Source: Candidatus Nanoclepta minutus
GTDB lineage: Archaea; Nanobdellota; Nanobdellia; Nanobdellales; Nanobdellaceae
DNA: 32,000 bases
Reading direction: 5' to 3'
Assembly: GCA_003568775.1 (NCBI GenBank)
Contig: MWMI01000002.1
Coordinates: 1 to 32,000 of the forward strand
Shown: piece by piece, positions 7,951 to 16,876 of the stretch
How positions within the stretch are numbered: the stretch's first letter is position 1
How the letters are laid out: every line of letters starts with the position of its first letter
Made by a program: the position numbers and the translations under genes
Notes under the pieces: generated by a model
Told to the model about the DNA's origin: nothing
Database searches by the model: none
The model's input: only the letters and a program-made list of their open reading frames with translations

Positions 7951-9595
7951 CTTTCATCTTATTTATTAGTTCGCCAACACTTATTTCAAAACCTGCTACT
8001 GGATACTTTATTTCCAGCTTCTCCAAGATTTCTGGATTTATTTCACCTATCCAGCCTATTAGATTACTACCAATATATATATCTGCTTGTCTTCCCTCAA
8101 TCAAAAACTTGTGATTAGATTCCTTTAAATCAAAATCTATTTTTATCTCCTTAAAAAGCCTCTCTAAAACTGATAAGACATCTGAAAACGAAACTTCAGA
8201 ATTTAAGTATAAATAGAGTAGCCTATCATCTTCCTTCAAGCCACCTTCATAATAGGAAACCCTCCCTACCTCGAAGAGTTTTGCCGGTAGCTTTATAGAT
8301 CCCATTCCCTGCATCACCTGAAATACGGAAGATAAAATGGAAGACCTTATACTGTTATAGTTCTCCGATGCGGGGTTCCTTATTCTTATTATCTCCCCCT
8401 CTGTGAAGAGTTTATTTATATCTTCATTAACTAGTACTGTAGTATAAAGCTCTATAGAGCCCAGAGATACCATTATCTTCCTTAAAGTATTGATCGTTTT
8501 CCTCCTTATAGTTAGGGAACCTTTCGTATAAATGGAGGGATACCTCAGTTTCAACCTGTTGATTCCATAGCCGACTATTATTTCCTCCGCAACATCTTGA
8601 TCCGTATTTATATCTTTCCTATAGTTTAAGTATTCAACAATTATCCTATCATTATTAAACTTACAGTTAATCCTCTTCCTTCCCAGGATATCCTTAATCT
8701 CATCCTTATCCATACTAATACCTATCCACTTAAATATATCAGAAATTAAAAACTCCCTGCTTATAATCCTTAAATCTGGAGTTATAATATCCCTATCTCC
8801 ATAAACTATCTTCAAGCTCTTTATTTTACCTCCATAATCGGCTAAGATTGTTACAATGGAATTGAGTACAAAGATCACATCGTTTAAGGAACTCCCAGTA
8901 ACATCTATAAATATATTCCTAGTCTCTTCAGTAAGTCTTCCTATATCGTTAGAGTTTATAATTGGAGGGAAAGAGATGACTTTCCCCTTCTTATCCATCA
9001 ATACCGGGTATTTACTAAAGCCCTTCAGCAGGTTTCCATAAAGTTTCCCAGTTTTAGTTTTCTCCAGTATTTCTCTTAAGCTCATTTCCCTTTCTTCAAA
9101 AAGAGGAACAAAGCTAACTTCTTCCGGATCTACCGCTTTATAATATACAGGAAAATCTATTAATTCTGCGTTATGAGTACCTATTGCTATCTTTTTTCTC
9201 CTGTTACCAAAAGAAAAGCTTATCTTATCCTGCATCTGTATTATATCCTTCAATCTTTCTTCGTTCATATCAATATCCTCCACTATAGCACATGCTATAA
9301 AAGGCCTTATCTTCTCTACTTCTCTATCAACTATAACTTCCCTTCCACTGAACTCTACCTTATAGTTCGGTATACCTACCTCTATGCCAAAGAAACCTTT
9401 TAGTTCCCTTACCAAACCTGCCAAAGATAAAAGATCTATTCTATAGAAATCTTTCACTTCAATAGACATATATTCTCCATCAAAACCACTTAGTTCGCAT
9501 TTAATATGCATAAGGGCCTCCTCTATCTCTTCCTTTGACAACCTTTTGCCTAATAGCTTAGAAAATTCCAAATAATTTACATTTATAACAGCCAT
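7934..9595 (-). CDS. pheT: Phenylalanine--tRNA ligase beta subunit (archaeal type)
   Basis: 553 aa. The N-terminus MAVINVNYLEFSKLLGKRLSKEEIEE is the typical archaeal PheT start. Lies immediately upstream of pheS and overlaps it by 17 nt. Confidence 0.9.
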   Translation of the reverse strand: MAVINVNYLEFSKLLGKRLSKEEIEEALMHIKCELSGFDGEYMSIEVKDFYRIDLLSLAGLVRELKGFFGIEVGIPNYKVEFSGREVIVDREVEKIRPFIACAIVEDIDMNEERLKDIIQMQDKISFSFGNRRKKIAIGTHNAELIDFPVYYKAVDPEEVSFVPLFEEREMSLREILEKTKTGKLYGNLLKGFSKYPVLMDKKGKVISFPPIINSNDIGRLTEETRNIFIDVTGSSLNDVIFVLNSIVTILADYGGKIKSLKIVYGDRDIITPDLRIISREFLISDIFKWIGISMDKDEIKDILGRKRINCKFNNDRIIVEYLNYRKDINTDQDVAEEIIVGYGINRLKLRYPSIYTKGSLTIRRKTINTLRKIMVSLGSIELYTTVLVNEDINKLFTEGEIIRIRNPASENYNSIRSSILSSVFQVMQGMGSIKLPAKLFEVGRVSYYEGGLKEDDRLLYLYLNSEVSFSDVLSVLERLFKEIKIDFDLKESNHKFLIEGRQADIYIGSNLIGWIGEINPEILEKLEIKYPVAGFEISVGELINKMKDDNRT

Positions 9596-9849
9596 TAAAT
9601 ATCTATTCCGAGCTTCGTAAGGATCTCCTTCTCCTTATTCCTTAAATCCTTCTTAGTTATCCCCCTATACCTAGCACAGGCAGGACATATATAGATTTTT
9701 ATTGGCTGTACTTGGACTAAAAAAGGCTTCTGATCATCGGAAACATCAAGCCTTATTCTTGGACTAACTCTAAGAACAACCGCCTTATCTATCCTTACAA
9801 GCCTACCACAGTAATAACAATGTACATTTGAATACTTCTTTGCCCTCAT
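9595..9849 (-). CDS. rps26e: Ribosomal protein eS26-like zinc-ribbon protein (short form)
   Basis: 84 aa. HCYYCGRLVRIDKAVV ... IYICPACARYRGI mirrors the eS26 pattern (C..CGR.VP.DKAi ... Y.C..CA). It lacks the basic N-terminal extension. Its stop abuts and overlaps the pheT start. Confidence 0.5.
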   Translation of the reverse strand: MRAKKYSNVHCYYCGRLVRIDKAVVLRVSPRIRLDVSDDQKPFLVQVQPIKIYICPACARYRGITKKDLRNKEKEILTKLGIDI

Positions 9850-9905
9850 TCTCTAGATTTTATTATGATCTTTCCAGCCATAGGAAAGTATATTCTAAAA
9901 AAAGA

Positions 9906-9915
9906 TTTATAAAAA
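9906..9915 (+). promoter_or_regulatory. TATA box for serS (leaderless-type spacing)
   Basis: tttataaaaa begins 27 nt upstream of the ATG at 9933, which is the usual archaeal TATA-to-TSS distance if transcription starts at or next to the start codon. Confidence 0.45.
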
Positions 9916-9932
9916 TAAACCAACTTCTTTAT

Positions 9933-11495
9933 ATGCATGTTCCGGTCTTCCCCATAGATTTAGATAAATTTGAAGAAAATATAGGGTTATACATTGATAG
10001 CTTTAGAAAGAGGGGATTGGACGAAGGTAAGATAAGAGTTGTTATAGAGCTTAACAGAAATAGAAAGGAGCTACAAAAAAGGCTAGACTACAAAAAATCT
10101 TTGAAGAATAAGCTTAGTAGGATCTTTAAATTATCGAAAGATTTTAAATCTGGAAAAATAAAGTTAGAAGATTTTAAAAAAGAACTAGAAGGAGTAGGAT
10201 TAGAATATAGCGAAGATATTGAGAAAAAAATTATAGAAAAAATAAAGGAAATTGATGAAGAAATATCTAATATTGAGAAGGAATATGAAAAGGTACTAGA
10301 AGAATTCATCAAAACTGCTTGGAATTTCCCAAACATAATACATCCCGATGTACCAGTAGGAGATGAAAGCTATAATAAGCCAATAAGGTACTGGGGGGTA
10401 CCCAAAGTAACTGATGAAGACGCTTTCTATAGGCTAGTAACGCAGGATGGTAAATATGATTGGAGAATCGTTGAGATATCGGAAGTTAAGGATGAATATA
10501 TAAAGAACAAAGAATTATTAGAGACCCTGATCGATATAATAAAGGAAAGAGGAGATTATATAGCCAATATAAATTATGATGAAGTTCTAGATTTCGAGAA
10601 GTTAAATAGGGATAGGATAGTAGTATATGCTAAAGTTGAGGGAGAGATGCCGCATCATTATGATTTGGTAGATGCTCTTAAATTAGCGGATACTGAAAAG
10701 GCAAGTGAGGTTGCAGGATCAAGGTTCTATTATGAAATAGGTAACTTTGCACTATGGGACCTTGCCCTAAGTATAGAGGGAGTGAAGTTCCTAGAGAAGA
10801 GAGGATACAGACCAATGATAACACCATACTTACTTAAGAGAGATGTACTTAATGGTATCATAACACTCGATGATTTCGAAGATATGATGTATAAGATTGA
10901 GGGAGACGAACTATTCTTAATAGGAACAGCAGAGCATTCTATCACTGCATTCTATTATGACAGCATTATAGAAGAGAGGGAACTACCAATAAAGGTTGTT
11001 GGATGGAGCCCATGTTTTAGGAGAGAGGCTGGAGCACATGGAAAAGATACAAAAGGTTTATTTAGAGTCCATCAATTCCATAAAGTTGAGCAATATATAT
11101 TTTGTAAGCCGGACGATTCTGAAAAATACCATGAAGAGTTGATAAAAAATGCAGAAGACTTTTTAAAGATGTTAAATATTCCATTTAGGACTATGCTCAT
11201 GGCTTCGAGGGATATGGGAAAAAGGAACTATAAACAGTATGATATCGAAGGATGGTTCCCAGGACAGCAAAAGTATAGGGAACTCGTATCTGGATCGAAC
11301 GTTACTGATTGGCAATCCAGAAGATGCAATATAAGATATAGGACGAAGGATAATAAGCTGGAGTTCGTCCATACCTTAAACTGTACCTTAACTGCTGTAC
11401 AGAGGACCCTTTTATGTATATTAGAGAACGGTTATCGTAAAAAGGATGGCAAAGTAATAATACCCAGAGCAATCGAGAAATACCTTTCAATTTAA
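9933..11495 (+). CDS. serS: Serine--tRNA ligase (bacterial/standard type core, with an extended arm and an internal insertion)
   Basis: Core motifs GSRFYY, FLIGTAEHS, CFRREAGAHGKDTKGLFRVHQFHKVEQ and GSNVTDWQSRR. The start is moved to the internal ATG at 9933 (MHVPVFPIDLDKFEEN...) because the track start at 9828 overlaps the divergent eS26-like gene and would include the promoter. Confidence 0.9.
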   Translation: MHVPVFPIDLDKFEENIGLYIDSFRKRGLDEGKIRVVIELNRNRKELQKRLDYKKSLKNKLSRIFKLSKDFKSGKIKLEDFKKELEGVGLEYSEDIEKKIIEKIKEIDEEISNIEKEYEKVLEEFIKTAWNFPNIIHPDVPVGDESYNKPIRYWGVPKVTDEDAFYRLVTQDGKYDWRIVEISEVKDEYIKNKELLETLIDIIKERGDYIANINYDEVLDFEKLNRDRIVVYAKVEGEMPHHYDLVDALKLADTEKASEVAGSRFYYEIGNFALWDLALSIEGVKFLEKRGYRPMITPYLLKRDVLNGIITLDDFEDMMYKIEGDELFLIGTAEHSITAFYYDSIIEERELPIKVVGWSPCFRREAGAHGKDTKGLFRVHQFHKVEQYIFCKPDDSEKYHEELIKNAEDFLKMLNIPFRTMLMASRDMGKRNYKQYDIEGWFPGQQKYRELVSGSNVTDWQSRRCNIRYRTKDNKLEFVHTLNCTLTAVQRTLLCILENGYRKKDGKVIIPRAIEKYLSI

Positions 11496-11528
11496 ATAAT
11501 TTAAATTTTTTACTTATAGATTACCTAA

Positions 11529-11912
11529 ATGAGTGAGAATTCCAATACCAGTGAGATAATAAACGAGATATTAGAATTAGCAAAACAAGGATATAGAAAA
11601 TCACAGATAGGAAGGCTTATTAGGGAGAAGTATGGTAAAGATATAAAAACTCTTGTAGGAAAAAATCTGGAAAAAATATTGGAAGAAAATGGAATAAAAG
11701 AAGACATACCTGAGGACTTACTTAATATATTCAAGAAGATAAACAGAATGCTAAAACATCTAGAAGTTCATAAGAAGGATACACATACAAAAAAGAAGCT
11801 GGAAGAATATGAAAAATCCGTTCAAGTTATTATTAAATATTATAAGAGGACTGGTAAATTATCTAAAGATTTCAAATACTCTAGAGATATCGTTAAGATG
11901 TATGCAACATGA
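11529..11912 (+). CDS. rps15: Ribosomal protein uS15 (S15P/S13e), N-terminally short
   Basis: LAKQGYRKSQIGRLIREKYG, ILEENGIKEDIPEDLLNI, KHLEVHKKDTHTKKKLE and IKYYKRTGKLSKDFKY match archaeal S15P/S13e almost block for block. An in-frame TAA directly precedes the ATG. Confidence 0.88.
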   Translation: MSENSNTSEIINEILELAKQGYRKSQIGRLIREKYGKDIKTLVGKNLEKILEENGIKEDIPEDLLNIFKKINRMLKHLEVHKKDTHTKKKLEEYEKSVQVIIKYYKRTGKLSKDFKYSRDIVKMYAT

Positions 11913-13300
11913 TAGATCGCTTTTTACCCTTTTTAGAGGAAGTTGGTGAGCAGATTAGAGGCTTTATAAGGAATGGTAGTAGTTTTTTAGTTTTATCTGC
12001 TAATACTCCAGATGGCCTATCAGCTTCTCTCTTATTGATCAAGTTCTTTTATGAGAACGATATAGAATCTCACTTTAAGTTCATAGATATGATCGATGAA
12101 TCCTTTTTCCAATATCTATTTGGGAGTCCTGAAAAATCTTATGATCATGATGTCTATATTTTCTTAGATATTGGTTCGAGGTTTATCGGAAAGATATATG
12201 ATAATTCGAGGAATAAGAATAAAAAAATAATAGTTATAGATCATCATGATCTAGTTTCTAAGAATATAAAGTTAGAAAACTTCTATCAAGTAAATCCAAA
12301 TATCTTTGGAATTAATGGAAAGAGAGAGGCATCTACTTCATCTATTGTTTACACGATCTTAAAGCTATATGGACACGTATTCAAAGGGGAAGAAATATTA
12401 GGACTTTCTGGGCCTATTAGTGAAAAACAGGATCAAAAAGAACTTACAGGATTGAATAAGTATGTATTAGAAGATTTAATGAACAAGGATGTTATTCAAA
12501 TAAAGAGGACGATAAAGTTATCCGGATTCCTAAATAAACCTCTATATAAGGTTTTAAGTTCCTCCCTAGATGTATATATACCTGGGGTCTCTGGAAGTGA
12601 TGAGAAATCTATAGAGTTTTTAAGGAAACTTTTCCCAGATAAAGAGATAGAAAAGCTTTATTTTAATGATCTAAAGCCCGATGAAGAAAAAAAATTAGTC
12701 AATGAAATAATAAAAAATAGGGTCTTAAATAACATAATGCAAAACGAAAGGATAGTCGGAGACGTATATCTAATATCAAAAAGTCCCTACGGATTTAAGG
12801 ACGTTGGAGAACTTTCCTTTATAATAACGTCAGCTACATATTTAGGTAAGCATAATTTTTTAGTAAGATACCTAATAAGAAATACTGGTTTTGAAAACCT
12901 TTTAGATATAGAAACTTACTTTAGAGGAAGGGTATCTTCCATAATTTCAGACATAGTTAGAAATAAGGCAAATATCAGTGAAAAAGATGGAATAATTTTT
13001 ATAAAAGTTCCTAACAAAGAAAGGGAAAGCTATACAAGTTATGTCGCAGATGTCCTATCCTATAACGATATATTAGATAAGAGGTACTATATTTCCTATT
13101 CCGAATATAAAGATTATTATGAAGTATCCCTCAGAAGGAGCAAAAAAGAGGGGGAGATCCCAGGGATGGTATTTTCTTTAATCGAAAAGTATAATGGAAT
13201 TCTAAGTGGCAAGGATAATTTGTGCGGTTTCTATATAAGGAAATCTCTGTTTGATGAATTTAAAGATAAGCTATCAGATATACTATTAAAGTTCTCCTAG
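11909..13300 (+). CDS. DHH-family RecJ/Cdc45(GAN)-like protein
   Basis: 463 aa. IIVIDHHD carries the DHH motif III, IFLDIGS carries the motif II Asp, and the motif I region reads LSANTPDGLSAS. Its start overlaps the rps15 stop by 4 nt. Confidence 0.6.
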   Translation: MIDRFLPFLEEVGEQIRGFIRNGSSFLVLSANTPDGLSASLLLIKFFYENDIESHFKFIDMIDESFFQYLFGSPEKSYDHDVYIFLDIGSRFIGKIYDNSRNKNKKIIVIDHHDLVSKNIKLENFYQVNPNIFGINGKREASTSSIVYTILKLYGHVFKGEEILGLSGPISEKQDQKELTGLNKYVLEDLMNKDVIQIKRTIKLSGFLNKPLYKVLSSSLDVYIPGVSGSDEKSIEFLRKLFPDKEIEKLYFNDLKPDEEKKLVNEIIKNRVLNNIMQNERIVGDVYLISKSPYGFKDVGELSFIITSATYLGKHNFLVRYLIRNTGFENLLDIETYFRGRVSSIISDIVRNKANISEKDGIIFIKVPNKERESYTSYVADVLSYNDILDKRYYISYSEYKDYYEVSLRRSKKEGEIPGMVFSLIEKYNGILSGKDNLCGFYIRKSLFDEFKDKLSDILLKFS

Positions 13301-13860
13301 ATTATCCCTTTCCTTTTAAGTCTAATAAAACCTTCTCTCAATATTTTTCTAAATATTCCTCTCTTATTTAAACCTCCAAGTTTTATGGCTGCCTTTCTAA
13401 TGCTTCCCTCCTTTATTAATATTTCTAAATACTCCCTATGCTTCTCCGTTAACCTATCGTCCTTCTCTAACAACAACTTTGCTAGTTCAACAGGATCTAT
13501 CTTCCTTCCCCCCCAGGCAAAATCTTCAGAAGATATTTCATCTTTAAATATTTCCAAGGGCTCGAACTTTATTATAACTACTTCTTTATTTTCGTTTAAT
13601 CCTCTATAATAGCTCCTTAATTCCCTTAATAACTCTTCTTTTGAAGAAAACCCATCTAATTTAGCTTCCTCTTCGGTAATATCTTTTATTTTCTTTAAAT
13701 ATATGTCTATAACCTTAAACTTTCCAATAACTCTTCCACCACAATGAGCAATGAAGGTATCCCCTTTCCTTAAGTTTGGTTTAGTAGTTCTTATAGTAAG
13801 CTTCTTCTCGCCAGACAACAGAGCATCTTTATATCTTCTTAAGAACTGCAAATGTTTCAT
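13297..13860 (-). CDS. ASCH (PUA-like) domain protein with a C-terminal helical, possibly HTH, tail
   Basis: The N-terminus MKHLQFLRRYKDALLSGEKKLTIR fits the ASCH opening (f...y.d.i.sGkKt.eiR). 187 aa. Confidence 0.55.
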   Translation of the reverse strand: MKHLQFLRRYKDALLSGEKKLTIRTTKPNLRKGDTFIAHCGGRVIGKFKVIDIYLKKIKDITEEEAKLDGFSSKEELLRELRSYYRGLNENKEVVIIKFEPLEIFKDEISSEDFAWGGRKIDPVELAKLLLEKDDRLTEKHREYLEILIKEGSIRKAAIKLGGLNKRGIFRKILREGFIRLKRKGII

Positions 13861-13897
13861 AGGAACTATTTTAAAATTATATTTTTTAGATTTATTT

Positions 13898-14512
13898 ATG
13901 TTAACAGAAGCCCTAATTTCATATATATTAGGATCTATAAACTTCTCTTGGATCGTAGGGAAGATACTGAAGTTGGATATGGAAGAATATGGGGATGAGA
14001 ACTTAGGAGCAACTAACCTATATTACGCAGCTAGGGAGAAGTATACAAAAAACATAGCAACCTTTTCCTTCTTATTGGGTGGACTATTAGATATATTAAA
14101 GACCTTTATTCCAACTTATTTGTTTGGACCATTTGCAGGAAGCTTTGCTGTTCTAGGACATTGCTTCTCAATATTTTCCATAGCCATTACAAAAAAGGTT
14201 CCCTCAGGTGTTGGAGCAGCTTCCCTAATAGGTTGGTTGTTGGGAAATAGTCTAGAGGTAATGATACCTTTAGCTGGCTTAGCTATACTAACCTTCCTCA
14301 TAGGCCTTCCCATATTCTATGATACGTTCAAATATGAAAGAGCACATTCTTATTACACATTTGCTACCCTTTCAGCGGCTCTAGTATATGTATCCCTATT
14401 TAACCCACAACAGCAAGTAATATATGGTATATTAATAGCGACTATTTCCTCCTCCTTTGCCAGAGTTTTAAGGTTAAGGAGTATGATTAAAAAATGGCTT
14501 AAACAATCTTGA
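13898..14512 (+). CDS. plsY: PlsY-like (G3P_acyltransf family) integral membrane protein
   Basis: From the internal ATG at 13898: MLTEALISYILGSINFSWIVGKIL...GDENLGATNLYYA...LLDILKTFIP resembles the PlsY pattern (yLlGSipfg...GsgN.GATN..R...D..KG). The track start at 13751 would overlap the convergent ASCH gene by 110 nt. Confidence 0.5.
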   Translation: MLTEALISYILGSINFSWIVGKILKLDMEEYGDENLGATNLYYAAREKYTKNIATFSFLLGGLLDILKTFIPTYLFGPFAGSFAVLGHCFSIFSIAITKKVPSGVGAASLIGWLLGNSLEVMIPLAGLAILTFLIGLPIFYDTFKYERAHSYYTFATLSAALVYVSLFNPQQQVIYGILIATISSSFARVLRLRSMIKKWLKQS

Positions 14513-15392
14513 AATTATTTTTTTCTAAAAACTCTATTAGTTTTTCTCTCGAAAGGTTTAGGTTCCTTAAAATATTATCGATATCTTCTCTTCTAATAGT
14601 TTTTCCATTAGAATACTTCTTGATTTCGTACCATAATCTATTTAGTATATCCTTTTTTCCCTGATTCCTTACTATAGCATTCCTTAAAGGTATGTTTAGA
14701 TAATAGCTTTCTAATAAAATCTTTATCAGGATGTTTATTCTATCTGGTACACCTTTAATGGAACCTTCTAGTTCTATCCTTGCTCTTGGTAGGTCTATAT
14801 TTCTAAACAAATAAGATGTTCCACCCTCCCATTCTAAACCTACATCAACGATCCCTCCAATCAAAAATAGCTCATATTCCCTCAAAGTCCTTTCATCAAA
14901 TAATATTTCTCCCTTAGGATCTAAGATTATTGCTTTATAATTCTCTATATCTACATCCCCTATCTTCCTGTATTTTAATACTATGTTCTTTCCAAGAAAA
15001 GAGTAATCTATATCCCCGACTAATATTAGATTCGTATCAAATAAGAAATCCCTAATTATAGATAATGTGTTGGATACCTGAACCCTTAAACTCGATTTTC
15101 CCTTTCTAGAATGAAGTTCAAATAAAGATAGGTCTATTAAAAATTTCTTTTCTTTTTTCAATTCATCAAAAAATACTTCCTTTTCTATTTCTATCTCTTC
15201 CCTTGCATTTTTATTTAATTTAACTTTTATTATGTTTTCATATATAACTTCCCCTTCATCAGAGTATATCTTCTCTTTATCTAAAAGAAAATTAACTAAA
15301 ACTCTTTGAGCAGTATTTACCCTATATTTATTTCTAAATTTTCTTATAGTCAGATAAGAAAAACTTTTTGAAAAAACCTTCTCAAGGAACAT
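14499..15392 (-). CDS. Probable SPOUT-class tRNA methyltransferase, Trm10-like
   Basis: 297 aa. The C-terminal half has AIILDPKGE, LFLIGGIVD and GVPDRINILIKILLE, resembling archaeal Trm10 motifs. Similarity is recalled from memory and not searched. Confidence 0.45.
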   Translation of the reverse strand: MFLEKVFSKSFSYLTIRKFRNKYRVNTAQRVLVNFLLDKEKIYSDEGEVIYENIIKVKLNKNAREEIEIEKEVFFDELKKEKKFLIDLSLFELHSRKGKSSLRVQVSNTLSIIRDFLFDTNLILVGDIDYSFLGKNIVLKYRKIGDVDIENYKAIILDPKGEILFDERTLREYELFLIGGIVDVGLEWEGGTSYLFRNIDLPRARIELEGSIKGVPDRINILIKILLESYYLNIPLRNAIVRNQGKKDILNRLWYEIKKYSNGKTIRREDIDNILRNLNLSREKLIEFLEKNNFKIV

Positions 15393-15397
15393 AAACC

Positions 15398-15829
15398 TTA
15401 GTGTATAACTACCTCATAATTACTTTTTACAGACATTAAATTTTCCTTATTTTTATTAGACTCTTTATTTAATAGCTCTTTAATGAACAAATAATATAGA
15501 AAAGCTTTTTTATCACCTTTCTCTGAAGATTCTATAAACTTCTTTATTAGAACATTGTTGTTCTTTACTGTATTAGGAATATTATCCAATATTTTTCCAA
15601 TAATCTTCTTAAAACCTTCCCTATATAGATTTTCCAAGTTTTCTTCATTAAAGCTCTCTATTTTCAGATTATTATTTATCTTATTTATAATATACATGCT
15701 AATCTCTCTAATATCTTTTTCCAATTCCTTAAATATATTTTCCTTTAATCCTAACTCGTTAACTAAAGCTTTAACCTTCTCTTCCACATACTCCTGAACG
15801 ACAAGGGAACTTAAGATTTCTATATCCAT
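15398..15829 (-). CDS. Hypothetical helical protein (143 aa)
   Basis: Clean ORF 5 nt upstream of the Trm10-like gene on the same strand. No recognisable motif. Confidence 0.5.
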   Translation of the reverse strand: MDIEILSSLVVQEYVEEKVKALVNELGLKENIFKELEKDIREISMYIINKINNNLKIESFNEENLENLYREGFKKIIGKILDNIPNTVKNNNVLIKKFIESSEKGDKKAFLYYLFIKELLNKESNKNKENLMSVKSNYEVVIH

Positions 15830-15936
15830 AGTTTTTTATTTTAGATTCTCTTTATTGATAAACCTTACTAATAAATAGGGAGGATAGAAAATATTTTAAA
15901 AATCTTTTATACCATTATTACTAGGAAGACAGAACA

Positions 15937-15944
15937 TTTATAAA
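15937..15944 (+). promoter_or_regulatory. TATA box of orphan gene 15966..16595
   Basis: tttataaa lies 29 nt upstream of the ATG. The flanking sequence is nearly identical to the promoter at 16925. Confidence 0.45.
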
Positions 15945-15965
15945 TTTTTAAGAAACATATATTAC

Positions 15966-16595
15966 ATGGTATCCAATACCCAAGATCTGTATGAAAGATG
16001 TATGGAGTTTAGTAGATCTAAAAAGCCTCCATATCCTGGATATACAAAGTATATAGAAAATGAATGCAAATGGTTTGCTAAAAATCTTAGTAGTCTTTAT
16101 AAAGAACATGAAAGCACCATAAAAGAAATTGGAGAAGATCACATAAAAACTTTAGAAAAAATAGCATTTCCTTATGCATTCGCTATCCAGGATATTATCG
16201 AAACTTGGGAATACTTAGAAAAAATTGGAGGAAAAGAAGCGCCAAAGTACTTAATGCTACCATATATTAAGTCCTTAGAAGATCTATATATCGCCTATAA
16301 ATCACGTGCCAGTGAGGATATAAAAATGCAATCATATTCCAACTTAAAGAGGGAAAGAGTAGCATTGGATATATTGCTATCAAATAACCATTTAATACCA
16401 GAAGCTATAGAAATACAAAAATCTAGAGGGCCATTACAATTATCCATGGTAATTAAACTACTATATAAAGAAGGAAAGATTTCCGAGGATATCATGAGCG
16501 AATATGAATTATCTTTACTTAGTAAATATTTAGACTTCAAAAAAAGAAGTATTAGTTTAGTTTGGCTTATCTTTGCTTTTCATAAAAATCCCTAA
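15966..16595 (+). CDS. Hypothetical helical protein (209 aa) with a hydrophobic C-terminal tail; possible paralog of 16956..17564
   Basis: ORF with a TATA box at leaderless spacing. YERCMEFSRSKKPP resembles IEKRCLDHKQPP in the next gene. The C-terminus ISLVWLIFAFHKNP is hydrophobic. Confidence 0.6.
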   Translation: MVSNTQDLYERCMEFSRSKKPPYPGYTKYIENECKWFAKNLSSLYKEHESTIKEIGEDHIKTLEKIAFPYAFAIQDIIETWEYLEKIGGKEAPKYLMLPYIKSLEDLYIAYKSRASEDIKMQSYSNLKRERVALDILLSNNHLIPEAIEIQKSRGPLQLSMVIKLLYKEGKISEDIMSEYELSLLSKYLDFKKRSISLVWLIFAFHKNP

Positions 16596-16764
16596 ATTAA
16601 ATATTTTTCACAAAAAATTATAATAGCAAAAGAGAATTATTAAATTTTAATTTTAAAATAGTTAATTATAAAAGTATAGGAACTGTCCTGTAAGAGATTT
16701 TGGATTAAAAAAGTCTAAAAGAGATATCATAATCTTTATAGAAACAAACTATCTTATGAAAAAT

Positions 16765-16786
16765 AAAGATAGCTCTCCTTGATTAG
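16765..16786 (+). repeat. Box R1: AAAGATAGCTCTCCTTGATTAG
   Basis: First of two direct copies of a G/C-containing box in an otherwise almost pure A/T spacer. See R2. Confidence 0.5.
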
Positions 16787-16849
16787 TCAAATATAAATCT
16801 AGCTTATGATCTGCTTCTTTAGATTACAAATTGAACTGTGTGTTATATA

Positions 16850-16876
16850 AAAGATCGCTCCTCCTTAATTGATTAT
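16850..16876 (+). repeat. Box R2: AAAGATCGCTCCTCCTTAATTGATTAT
   Basis: Direct copy of R1, 85 nt downstream, with the shared core AAAGAT-GCTC(C)TCCTT-ATT. TCCTCCT (16859-16865) is complementary to AGGAGGA at 16914-16920. Confidence 0.5.

Noticed and set aside
9828-9932. A 35-codon N-terminal extension of serS, using the track start at 9828.
   Set aside because: It would overlap the divergent eS26-like gene by 22 nt and would contain the TATA box at 9906-9915. The SerRS-like sequence (IDLDKFEENIG...RKRGLD) begins only at the ATG at 9933.
13751-13897. A 49-codon N-terminal extension of the PlsY-like gene, using the track start at 13751.
   Set aside because: It would overlap the ASCH gene on the opposite strand by 110 nt. 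Family-like sequence starts at the internal Met (13898), which is preceded by an A/T-rich promoter-like stretch.
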